18,052 bases of DNA from a candidate division WOR-3 bacterium (GCA_037444665.1 JBBILZ010000047.1:1-18052), one strand, 5' to 3'; positions 1 through 8,231 are shown, counted from the stretch's first letter. A program made the numbers and translations. The notes: generated by a model from the letters alone, not told the origin.

Positions 1-705
1 TCTAATGATAGTAAAATATTTAAGTGGCAAAGCGAATTTTTTAATTATTTAAAAAAGCATTTTGCAGGGTTTGAAAAAAGGGAAATATATTATTTGTGTC
101 TTCTTAGTAACGACGATTTGAGCATTTATGATGAGCGATTAGAGCAGATATGTTTGCACAGCAGATATATTAAAAACATTGCTCAAAGAAAGATAGAAAT
201 TAAAGGTTATGGATTCATCGGTATGAACTTGGTAGTAGATTATTCTTTTCGCATAAAAGACAGATGCCGAAGAGATACAAGGGAATATCAGATCGGGATT
301 CAATATGGAACTGCCTTGTTGTCCACCCACGATGGTTTCAAAAAAATCAATGATTGGGAGTTATATATCAGTGCATTACCGACAATAGAAGATGAATTGA
401 ACAATCTGCCAAAACCACTGAATATAAACAATGCTATTTATGTTATCCATATGCCACCAGCAGGTCTGAATTTGGATGTATGCTCTGATGGTCGTAAGGT
501 CGGGTCAAGGGCAGTGTATAATTTTTTACTAAAGAATCAGCCGAGAATATCTCTACATGGGCATATCCATGAATCACCGGAAATTTCAGGTATATGGAAG
601 GCAAATATTGGTAAGACAATTTGCATTCAACCAGGACAAACAGGGAATTTGACTTATGTGCTCATTGACCTTGCTACAAATAACATAGATATAAACTATT
701 TATGA
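1..705 (+). CDS. Calcineurin-like metallophosphoesterase (Icc-related), 5'-truncated by the window edge
   Basis: The frame is open from base 1 (SNDSKIFKWQ...YYLCLLSNDDL), so the ORF-track start at 94 is not the real start. Motifs: SNDD (GNxD-like), VIHMPP, VGSRAV, LHGHIHE, IQPG. Confidence 0.85.
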   Translation, partial: SNDSKIFKWQSEFFNYLKKHFAGFEKREIYYLCLLSNDDLSIYDERLEQICLHSRYIKNIAQRKIEIKGYGFIGMNLVVDYSFRIKDRCRRDTREYQIGIQYGTALLSTHDGFKKINDWELYISALPTIEDELNNLPKPLNINNAIYVIHMPPAGLNLDVCSDGRKVGSRAVYNFLLKNQPRISLHGHIHESPEISGIWKANIGKTICIQPGQTGNLTYVLIDLATNNIDINYL

Positions 706-1271
706 TTTATTTTACTGCGGATACCCATTTTTATCATGCCAATATAATTAAATACTGTAATAGACCGTTTCAGAATGTTGAGGAAATGAACGAAAAATTG
801 ATTGAGAACTGGAATAAAATAATTTCGCCAAAAGATGTGGTCTATGTTATTGGGGATTTTGTTTTTGGCCATGCTGAAAAACAAGCAACAAGAATAATAG
901 AACTCGTCAGAAGTTTAAAGGGTAATATTCTTTTAATCAAAGGGTCACATGATAAATTAGATCATTTTGACCCTTCAACATTGGGCAAGGATGCAAGCCG
1001 ATTTAAAATTTTTCAGGACCGAATAGTCACAATTTCTTATGAAAATCAAGAAATCGTTTTGTGCCATTATGCAATGCGGGTCTGGCCAAAATCCCATTTT
1101 GGCACCTGGCATTTGTTCGGACATAGTCATGGAAAACTTGAAGGTTTGGGAAAGTCATTTGATGTTGGTGTTGACTGCTGGAATTTCAAACCCTTATCAT
1201 TTCCTGAAATCTGCGGAATAATGAAAACCAAACCAGATAATTTTAATCTCATTAAAAATAGTGGCTCGTAA
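702..1271 (+). CDS. Calcineurin-like phosphoesterase (COG4186-like)
   Basis: Motifs: FTADTHFYH, YCNRPF, NWN, VIGDF, KGSHD, LCHY, LFGHSHG, FDVGVD. ATGA overlap with the upstream stop codon. Confidence 0.9.
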   Translation: MIYFTADTHFYHANIIKYCNRPFQNVEEMNEKLIENWNKIISPKDVVYVIGDFVFGHAEKQATRIIELVRSLKGNILLIKGSHDKLDHFDPSTLGKDASRFKIFQDRIVTISYENQEIVLCHYAMRVWPKSHFGTWHLFGHSHGKLEGLGKSFDVGVDCWNFKPLSFPEICGIMKTKPDNFNLIKNSGS

Positions 1272-1390
1272 TCAATGCTATTACACAATTCATATATTTA
1301 CTTAGATTATATAAAATTCCTAAAGGGGATATTGATTTATTTTATGGTTTGAATAGTATATAAAAAAAACAGATAATTAAAAACGCTGTA

Positions 1391-1419
1391 TTGACAGTGG
1401 GGGATGGTTATTATATAAT
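1391..1419 (+). promoter_or_regulatory. Sigma70-type promoter of the Clp-RF gene
   Basis: TTGACA (1391-1396), 17-nt spacer, TATAAT (1414-1419); 10 nt separate it from the ATG at 1430. A weaker TTGATT-N16-TAGTAT lies at 1332-1359. Confidence 0.75.
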
Positions 1420-1429
1420 ATAAAATCTT

Positions 1430-4400
1430 ATGGGTGATAAAATTCAGTTTGATTTTACTCTGTTTATCCAAAAACATGAGGATGGTTCATTTACCTTCAA
1501 GGTAGTAGAAATACCTTACATTGTTGCGTACGGAATCAGCCAGAACAGGTGTAAAGATGAAATAAAGTCGGCGCTGGTCAGGGTTTTATCAAAGATGCAT
1601 CCTTCAGAGTTTAATGCTATAAAAAAAATACCGGGTGGGCATCTTGAAACAGTTGAGGTTGAATTCCACCCAATAAGTAAAGGGGGAACCAGAAGGAAGA
1701 CGAAGATAAAATTAAAATTCAGTATTATCGTTGCTCCACACAAAGACCAATTCCTTGTAACCATCCCTATCCTTGAACCACCGATGAAATTCTATGTTGA
1801 TAATATAAATAATATAGAAAAAGTGGCACAAGACGAACTCAAGAGCTATTTTCATGATAGCACAACCGAAGAGATTCTTAAATACGAGGGAACAGAGAAG
1901 GAACAACTTGAAAATATCTCTGCCCAGGTGCGCGTTCGTGGGCCACTCACGACGGTAAATGAAAAAGAAAAAGTCAATAGAGAAATAATTACTGCGGTGG
2001 GCAAAAATCTTCTTGGATTAGTTCAGGAACAAGATTTTACCCGTGCTTACGAAGTTGATGAGACGGTTGAGGAAATATTTAATTTACTTGCGTCCGAACG
2101 CCGCGAGAGCATTCTACTTGTAGGTCCTTCATTGGTTGGAAAGACCGCAATTATCTATGAAGTAGCACGCCGTATTTTAAAAAAACAATGTCCTAAAATC
2201 CTGAACAACCGGGAAATATGGATGGTCTCAGCACACTCTATTGAAGCTGTGCCGGTCTGGTGGGAGAATGTTATGAATTCACTGGTAAGTGTTGCCCGTG
2301 AAGAGAATATTATTATATATTTTGATGATATTATTGACCTTCTGGAAGGAGTGACCAGCTATGTAAAAGGTTCAGAAATGGCAAAATTCCTTAAGGTTCC
2401 CCTTGCCAATCGGGAGATTGTCATAATTGGCGAGACAACCCCTGAGCGCTATGAACGATTCCTGGGCAAGGATTTTGGATTTCTGTCATTGTTTAAAACC
2501 ATTAAACTGAATCCTCCATTAGAACAGAAAACATATACGATACTCAATAAGGTCAGGAAAGACCTGGAACAGATATTTGATTTCCGAATTGAGCCCAGTG
2601 CAGCGGATGCGGCTATAGAGATAACAAGTAGATTCCGGCCATATTGGTCATTTCCTGGGAAAGCAATTCATCTGCTCCGGCACACTGCGGAAACTAATAA
2701 AGCAAAAGAGAAATCAATAACAAAAAAACATATCTTTTTGGAATTTTCCAAACAGACCGGGCTGCCTGCTGAGATTTTATCTGATGAACCTCCGCTGGAT
2801 TTAACACAGGTCCGGGCATTTTTTAAGAGCCGGATAATTGGACAGGACCATGCAATTGACCAGATTGTTGACCTAATAAGCACAATAAAGGCGGGTATAA
2901 ATGACCCAAACAAACCACTTGGAACTTTTATCTTTCTGGGTCCCACAGGCGTTGGTAAGACTGCACTTGCTAAAGCATTAGCCGAATACCTGTTTGGTAG
3001 TTCTGACCGTATGGTGCGATTGGATATGAGTGAATATTCAGGCAGTGATGCGTTAATTAAGCTTATTGGTATTCCTGGTTCATCAAAAAAGACCGGGACA
3101 TTGACAAGGCATATTACCGAGCAGCCATTCTCTTTGATTCTACTTGATGAAATTGAAAAAGCGGACATCGCAGTCTTTGATATGTTGCTGCAGGTATTGG
3201 GTGAAGGCAGATTGACAGATGCAACAGGAACCCTGCTTGATTTCCGCAATGCCATTTTTATAATGACTTCTAATCTCGGTGCGAGCCATAAGGAACTTAC
3301 TGCACCTGGATTTTTAAAAAAGAATATTTCAGTTGAGCAACATTTTATCGATAAACTTGAAGAATTTTTTAGAGCAGAATTCATCAACCGTATTGACCAT
3401 ATAATTGTCTTTGAACCTCTGGGCGAAAAACAGATTCGTCAAATTGCAGAAAAGGAACTCAAGGAAGTATTATTGCGTTATGGATTCGTTCGGAGGGGTA
3501 TTACAATTGACATTGATGAACAGATAGGAGATTTAATTGCGGAGAAAGGATTCAGTCCCACTTATGGTGCCCGGCCATTAAAGAGGGCAATTGAAAAAAT
3601 AGTCATTGCACCTATTGCCCGTTATCTTGCTACACATAAAGATGATGAGATTGGCCTGTTAAGCGTTGTGAGAGTGGGGGATACAGTCAAAGTGCGTTCC
3701 TTAAAACTTGAAAATCCTGATGTTAAGATAGTAGTTTCTGACCCATTTGTGAATAAAGTTGGAAAAGTAGACTACAGGGAATTTCAAATAATGATTAGCG
3801 ATTTTAGGCGAAATCTTGATACAATACAAAGGAGTGAGAAACTGATAATTTTACGCAGCGAACTTAAGAAATTGTTAAATAATTTGAAAAAACCCAATTT
3901 CTGGTTAAAGAACAAAGAGGAAATACGAGAAACAAACCAGCGGATATATGATCTGGATAGGGTTGAGCAAAATATAAAACAGCTTTTTGAAGAGGCTAAT
4001 TTTTTAGAAGATCTGAGTGATGTAGTTGGCAGGGAACGAGATGTCTGTTATCTTTCCGAACTCGCGGAACGGTTTAGAAGTCTACAGAGAAAAAAGGAGT
4101 TTTTGGAAATTGAACTTGCCTATTTGCATTTTCCAGAGGCGAACAGGGCATTGTTGCTTCTCAGCCGTCTCGGTGGAAAATATCAACAGCCTGGCGAAGT
4201 TGATTGGTTAAAAACAGTTTTTAATATGTATTACAATTGGATAAAGCAAAAAGATTATACTTATACTATATATGAATTGCAATTGCCACCAAAAGAAAAA
4301 GTAGAAGGAAAACCTGAATTCAAAGCAATTGAGCTTGATGGCGCCAATGCACTAAAAGAATATGTGAAAAGGTCAACAAATTCACTTATATATGTCTTTG

Positions 4401-4813
4401 CCCTTCGGGGTCCAGGTGTATACGGTTTTTTAAAAGGAGAGATCGGCTTGCATCGTTTCCGTGGCAAACTTCCCGGAGAAACAATGGATATAGATAAATT
4501 TCGTTTTGTAAAAGTTGACTGTTTAAGTATTGAAGCATCACAGAGTTTTAGCGAACGGTTAAGCGAAATTATCAGTGAGGCAATGGAAAGAAAAAACAAG
4601 GATAAATGTTTATGGACTCAAGCCTTTGAAACTATTCAAAAAGGAACCGAAACAATCACACGCGAATACCGACAAAGTGAGTCCAGAACCGAAATAATAG
4701 ATAAAAAAACAGGCCTCAGAACTGCGGATTTGAAAAGAGTCCTATCAGGAGACCTTGACCCTTTTGTTATCGCTTTTGCAAAAAATAATTTGTTAAGCCT
4801 TGAAGTTCCTTAA
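1430..4813 (+). CDS. ClpA/ClpC-like double AAA+ ATPase with HicB-like N-terminus and a C-terminal release-factor (RF2/PCRF)-like domain lacking GGQ
   Basis: AAA+ motifs: GPSLVGKT (aa ~232), IIGQDHAI, FLGPTGVGKT (aa ~504), RLDMSEY, ILLDEIEKA, GRLTD, IMTSNLG, EFINRID, YGARPLKRAI. RF2-like motifs: PNFW, DW..VFNMYYNW, YGFLKGEIGLHR, TREY, IIDKKTG, VLSGDLDPFV. Confidence 0.88.
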   Translation: MGDKIQFDFTLFIQKHEDGSFTFKVVEIPYIVAYGISQNRCKDEIKSALVRVLSKMHPSEFNAIKKIPGGHLETVEVEFHPISKGGTRRKTKIKLKFSIIVAPHKDQFLVTIPILEPPMKFYVDNINNIEKVAQDELKSYFHDSTTEEILKYEGTEKEQLENISAQVRVRGPLTTVNEKEKVNREIITAVGKNLLGLVQEQDFTRAYEVDETVEEIFNLLASERRESILLVGPSLVGKTAIIYEVARRILKKQCPKILNNREIWMVSAHSIEAVPVWWENVMNSLVSVAREENIIIYFDDIIDLLEGVTSYVKGSEMAKFLKVPLANREIVIIGETTPERYERFLGKDFGFLSLFKTIKLNPPLEQKTYTILNKVRKDLEQIFDFRIEPSAADAAIEITSRFRPYWSFPGKAIHLLRHTAETNKAKEKSITKKHIFLEFSKQTGLPAEILSDEPPLDLTQVRAFFKSRIIGQDHAIDQIVDLISTIKAGINDPNKPLGTFIFLGPTGVGKTALAKALAEYLFGSSDRMVRLDMSEYSGSDALIKLIGIPGSSKKTGTLTRHITEQPFSLILLDEIEKADIAVFDMLLQVLGEGRLTDATGTLLDFRNAIFIMTSNLGASHKELTAPGFLKKNISVEQHFIDKLEEFFRAEFINRIDHIIVFEPLGEKQIRQIAEKELKEVLLRYGFVRRGITIDIDEQIGDLIAEKGFSPTYGARPLKRAIEKIVIAPIARYLATHKDDEIGLLSVVRVGDTVKVRSLKLENPDVKIVVSDPFVNKVGKVDYREFQIMISDFRRNLDTIQRSEKLIILRSELKKLLNNLKKPNFWLKNKEEIRETNQRIYDLDRVEQNIKQLFEEANFLEDLSDVVGRERDVCYLSELAERFRSLQRKKEFLEIELAYLHFPEANRALLLLSRLGGKYQQPGEVDWLKTVFNMYYNWIKQKDYTYTIYELQLPPKEKVEGKPEFKAIELDGANALKEYVKRSTNSLIYVFALRGPGVYGFLKGEIGLHRFRGKLPGETMDIDKFRFVKVDCLSIEASQSFSERLSEIISEAMERKNKDKCLWTQAFETIQKGTETITREYRQSESRTEIIDKKTGLRTADLKRVLSGDLDPFVIAFAKNNLLSLEVP

Positions 4814-4829
4814 CCACAGGAATTTTTAA

Positions 4830-5666
4830 ATGATTAGGACTAAAGAAATTATTTATTATTCGTTTAAGAATAAATCTTATAATTATCAAAAATATATTCT
4901 TGGTAAAGTCATTAACTTTTATGACCCGAAAGGCAGATTAATAAAGATGCTGGATTATTACCGATGGAACAAAAAATTGGAGTTATCAGCTGTTAGGTTG
5001 TACTTCTATGACAAACGGGATAGGTTGATTTATGAGGAAGTCAGGCAGGTCAAGGCAGGTGAAGTAGAAAAAAAATACAGCGTATATGATGATAAGGGAA
5101 AAGAATTAAGAAGTATATCTCTTTGTTTTGAGAAGTCAAAGAATTTCAGGTTAAAAAGATTTTCCTATGTAGACTATTTTTACGACAAACGAGGAAGATT
5201 GGAAAGAGATGTAATGATAATATGTCCAAACAATTTCTCACAGACAAAATATTTTTATAATAGAACAGGTAAGAATCTAACAAAGAAAATTGAAATACTA
5301 CAACTTGGCAAAGGCAACCGCTGGCAAACAACTTATTATTACGATAAAAGAGGTCGCATAATAAAACAAATTTCTTGGTGCAAGAAAGGTCCTTATAAAA
5401 CAAGAACTTTTAAAAAATATTTCTACGATGGGCCAAAAACAATCTGCATGTTTTCAAATGGAGAAAAAGAAGTTACTATAAAATACAAAGATTATGAAAT
5501 CAATAAATCCTACGATGGAGATGGTGTATTGCAGAAATTAGTTATCTTCAGGGATAATATTCACAATAATTCATTTGCGCGTGAGAACTGGTCATATAGT
5601 TGTGATTGTCGGGGTGTTATCGCTGAACCAATACAGGCTTCAGTTGTAAAATATTATTATAAATAA
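4830..5666 (+). CDS. Hypothetical basic protein with YD/RHS-like repeats
   Basis: Recurring (Y/F)xYDxxGR(L/I) motifs: FYDPKGRL, YFYDKRDRL, VYDDKGKE, YFYDKRGRL, YYYDKRGRI, SYDGDGVL. Rich in K, R and Y. Starts 16 nt after the Clp gene stop. Confidence 0.65.
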   Translation: MIRTKEIIYYSFKNKSYNYQKYILGKVINFYDPKGRLIKMLDYYRWNKKLELSAVRLYFYDKRDRLIYEEVRQVKAGEVEKKYSVYDDKGKELRSISLCFEKSKNFRLKRFSYVDYFYDKRGRLERDVMIICPNNFSQTKYFYNRTGKNLTKKIEILQLGKGNRWQTTYYYDKRGRIIKQISWCKKGPYKTRTFKKYFYDGPKTICMFSNGEKEVTIKYKDYEINKSYDGDGVLQKLVIFRDNIHNNSFARENWSYSCDCRGVIAEPIQASVVKYYYK

Positions 5667-5737
5667 CAAATCATTAAAAGATGGTTCTTGTAGGGCAAGG
5701 CTTTTCTGAACCATTTCGGTAAAGCTGGTTAGGAATA

Positions 5738-7108
5738 ATGAAAAAAAGGGCATCTTTAAAGCTTGCACATATTTTGTTTTCTGCGATGGGTTATTTTGTT
5801 TTTTGTGTTTTATTATCTGCTGAAATATATGCAGATGATCTTACTATCAGTACTGGCGAAAACTTTCTGGAGGCAGCTAAGAAATATCTTGGTGCACCAT
5901 TTGTTTGGGATGGCAGGTCAAAACAAAGACTTGACTGCATGGGTTTGATATTCCTCGCATACACTGACATAACCGGTGAGAGCTGGCAGAATTTAAGTGT
6001 TTTGTCATCAAAACTGGTGAGCGGTAAAAAATTGGGTAGCCCTGTTAAAGGACTCAATGGTGTTTTAAAAAACGATATTGATTATTCAAAATTAAAAAAG
6101 GGTGATATATTGTATTTTCTGGTTACGACAGAGATTTATGATACTGACCCACCCCTTGTAACAATAGATAGTATCCCATACTATGTATGGCATATGGGAA
6201 TCTTTGCCGGATTTGATACTACCGGATGTCCATTATGCCTCAATGCCAGGCCTGGTGATAAAGTAGTTATTGAACCCTTAGGAAATATATATTTTGAGAG
6301 ACTCTTTGTGACACGCCTTGATGAATCTCGTGAAGAGCGGGCTGAGATGATTGAAACATTAAAAAAGTTAATGAGGGACAATCAGCCGATTATCATTTAT
6401 ACATTTGTAGCATTGTGTGACAATAAACATCAAGGCATTGTGCCAGTTTCACCAATATTAGGAAATGGTGAAGACCCTAAAAATAATCTATACTGGGGTG
6501 CTGGAGGTGGTGTTAAAACATATTTCAGAAAGAGTAGAAATTGGGATTTAATTGCAACCATTTCAAATATTTCAGCAAATATTCTTGAAAGGTGTATATT
6601 TAAAAGACAGGGAAAAAACATTTATATGATTGCTGATGCTTATAAAGGAAGTGCAATTAAGGATGCCATATTAGATTTTCTGAATATGATCGCAAAAGAT
6701 ACGATTCTTCAGATGGCGATTCCAATACCCGCGAAAAACACAAATGGCAATCTTGAAATCCGCGGTTCTGTTCAACTGGTCTGTTATGTCGGACATAATG
6801 GGTTATTGGACTTTACTCTTGATAGTTTGCCACAACCGGCTAAAAATAAAATGCCAAAAGATGTGGTCATACTTGCTTGCTTAAGTAAGAATAGTTTCTA
6901 CGATATTCTGGATTCACTGGGTGGTTATCCGTTATTATGGACAGAAGGGCTGCTTGCACCAGAGGCATATACCTTAGAATCAGCGATTGAGGGATGGATA
7001 GCATTGGAAGATAATAGAGAGATTGAATCCCGTGCTGAAAGGACATACAATAGATTCCAGAAATGTGGGTTAAATGGTGCAAGAAAAATTTTCACAACTG
7101 GCTGGTGA
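5738..7108 (+). CDS. Exported NlpC/P60 (C40) cysteine peptidase domain fused to an uncharacterised alpha/beta C-terminal domain
   Basis: Signal peptide-like N-terminus. NlpC/P60 motifs: AKKYLGAPFVWDG, LDCMGL (Cys67), KKGDILYF, WHMGIF (His152). C-domain motifs: ALCDN, NNLYWG, YVGHNG, ILACLS. AGGA Shine-Dalgarno-like sequence upstream. Confidence 0.75.
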   Translation: MKKRASLKLAHILFSAMGYFVFCVLLSAEIYADDLTISTGENFLEAAKKYLGAPFVWDGRSKQRLDCMGLIFLAYTDITGESWQNLSVLSSKLVSGKKLGSPVKGLNGVLKNDIDYSKLKKGDILYFLVTTEIYDTDPPLVTIDSIPYYVWHMGIFAGFDTTGCPLCLNARPGDKVVIEPLGNIYFERLFVTRLDESREERAEMIETLKKLMRDNQPIIIYTFVALCDNKHQGIVPVSPILGNGEDPKNNLYWGAGGGVKTYFRKSRNWDLIATISNISANILERCIFKRQGKNIYMIADAYKGSAIKDAILDFLNMIAKDTILQMAIPIPAKNTNGNLEIRGSVQLVCYVGHNGLLDFTLDSLPQPAKNKMPKDVVILACLSKNSFYDILDSLGGYPLLWTEGLLAPEAYTLESAIEGWIALEDNREIESRAERTYNRFQKCGLNGARKIFTTGW

Positions 7109-7144
7109 AGATGTATGAGATAACGAAAACAAGACAGAAAAATC

Positions 7145-7870
7145 TCAATTTTGTTTTTGAATAGATTCTTTTCTCACGATTGCGAGGGGTGTCTGCTGGT
7201 CTGATTGACCTAAAGGATTATCACGAAAGACCTTTTTGCAAAAATCATCAGTGATTCTATTACTTGATTTACCTAAAACTGCCACACCCAGGTCATTGGC
7301 ATCAATGATAACAACATCATAACCAAATCTATGTTTCAAATCCCTCGCTACTTTATTCGGATTTTTTGGTCCCAATTTTGCATACTCATTATATGGCGGT
7401 AATGTATAATGGCAGGGTCCATCAATTGCTGCTACGGATTTACCGGCAATAATATAAAATAGCCCTTTTATACCAAATGGCTTTGTAATTGCTGAAACAA
7501 ATGCAGCAAAGAGTATACGCGGAATGCCTGCTTCACGCAGTGCCAATTCCATTGTCCAGGGACTGCCCAGACCAATACCATATGGTGATTTATGGACAAA
7601 CTTTACCAAAAATTTTGCAAGCCAGGATGGTTTAATATCTTTGATTGGAAATGCCCTGCCCTGGGTAATCGCCACCACCCTTTCACTTAAAAAAATTATA
7701 TCATCATTTTTAAGATGGGACACTACATACTTTTCAACAATCTTGTTTATATTATCACCCGATGTAATTACATGTGTCTTCACCGGCAACCGTGCATAAT
7801 TTACTCCATCAACTTCTATTATTAAACTCTTTCCTTCATTGGGTTTCCAATCTTTCGTGATTGTATCCAT
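7145..7870 (-). CDS. CofE-like (F420-0:gamma-glutamyl ligase family) protein
   Basis: Motifs: PVKTHVIT, DIIFLSERVVAITQGR, AAIDG, LGPKNP, VVIIDAND, DNPLGQSDQQTPLAIVR. Confidence 0.8.
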   Translation of the reverse strand: MDTITKDWKPNEGKSLIIEVDGVNYARLPVKTHVITSGDNINKIVEKYVVSHLKNDDIIFLSERVVAITQGRAFPIKDIKPSWLAKFLVKFVHKSPYGIGLGSPWTMELALREAGIPRILFAAFVSAITKPFGIKGLFYIIAGKSVAAIDGPCHYTLPPYNEYAKLGPKNPNKVARDLKHRFGYDVVIIDANDLGVAVLGKSSNRITDDFCKKVFRDNPLGQSDQQTPLAIVRKESIQKQN

Positions 7871-7878
7871 AATCTACT

Positions 7879-7914
7879 ACTCTGGCATTCTGGTAATTAC
7901 CAGAATGCCAGAGT
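7879..7914. repeat. Perfect 36-bp palindrome with no spacer
   Basis: ACTCTGGCATTCTGGTAA|TTACCAGAATGCCAGAGT; the arms are exact reverse complements. Confidence 0.97.
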
Positions 7915-8225
7915 TACCATTTTTTAAGGCGCATCCTTTCCGCATAGTCCTCAAGAAATCTTAGCACATTTATAATTGATTTATCTTTTAAAAAATAGAC
8001 TTTGCTATTACTAACGGTGTCATATCGAACTAAATCCACCTGACGGAGGTTGCGAAGCGTTTCAGAAATTGTTTTCAAAGATAGCCCAATTTCCATTGTT
8101 AGTTCAGTGGGTGACATTTTGCCTTTTGTGAGGAACTTCAAAATCTGATAGGCGGTGGGATTGCCCAAAACACGACAAAATCTTGATGCACGATATTCAG
8201 TTTCGGATAATTGTTTTCTTTTCAC
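7914..8225 (-). CDS. ArsR/SmtB-family winged-helix transcriptional regulator
   Basis: 103 aa; FCRVLGNPTAYQIL, MSPTEL...LSLKTISETLRNLRQVDLV, KVYFL; GTG start. Confidence 0.85.
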   Translation of the reverse strand: MKRKQLSETEYRASRFCRVLGNPTAYQILKFLTKGKMSPTELTMEIGLSLKTISETLRNLRQVDLVRYDTVSNSKVYFLKDKSIINVLRFLEDYAERMRLKKW

Positions 8226-8231
8226 ACTGCA

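Noticed and set aside
2668..3387. 239-aa minus-strand ORF, and the other short antisense or out-of-frame ORFs inside long genes
   Set aside because: Shadows of well-supported genes on the opposite strand or in another frame, with no recognisable motifs.
1430..4813. Calling the gene clpA/clpB/clpC or prfB
   Set aside because: It lacks the Clp-N domain, M domain and pore tyrosines, and also GGQ and SPF. It is one continuous frame, so there is no prfB-style frameshift.
7879..7914. Palindrome as an intrinsic terminator or CRISPR repeat
   Set aside because: No loop or poly-U tail, a single copy, and no spacers or cas genes in the window.
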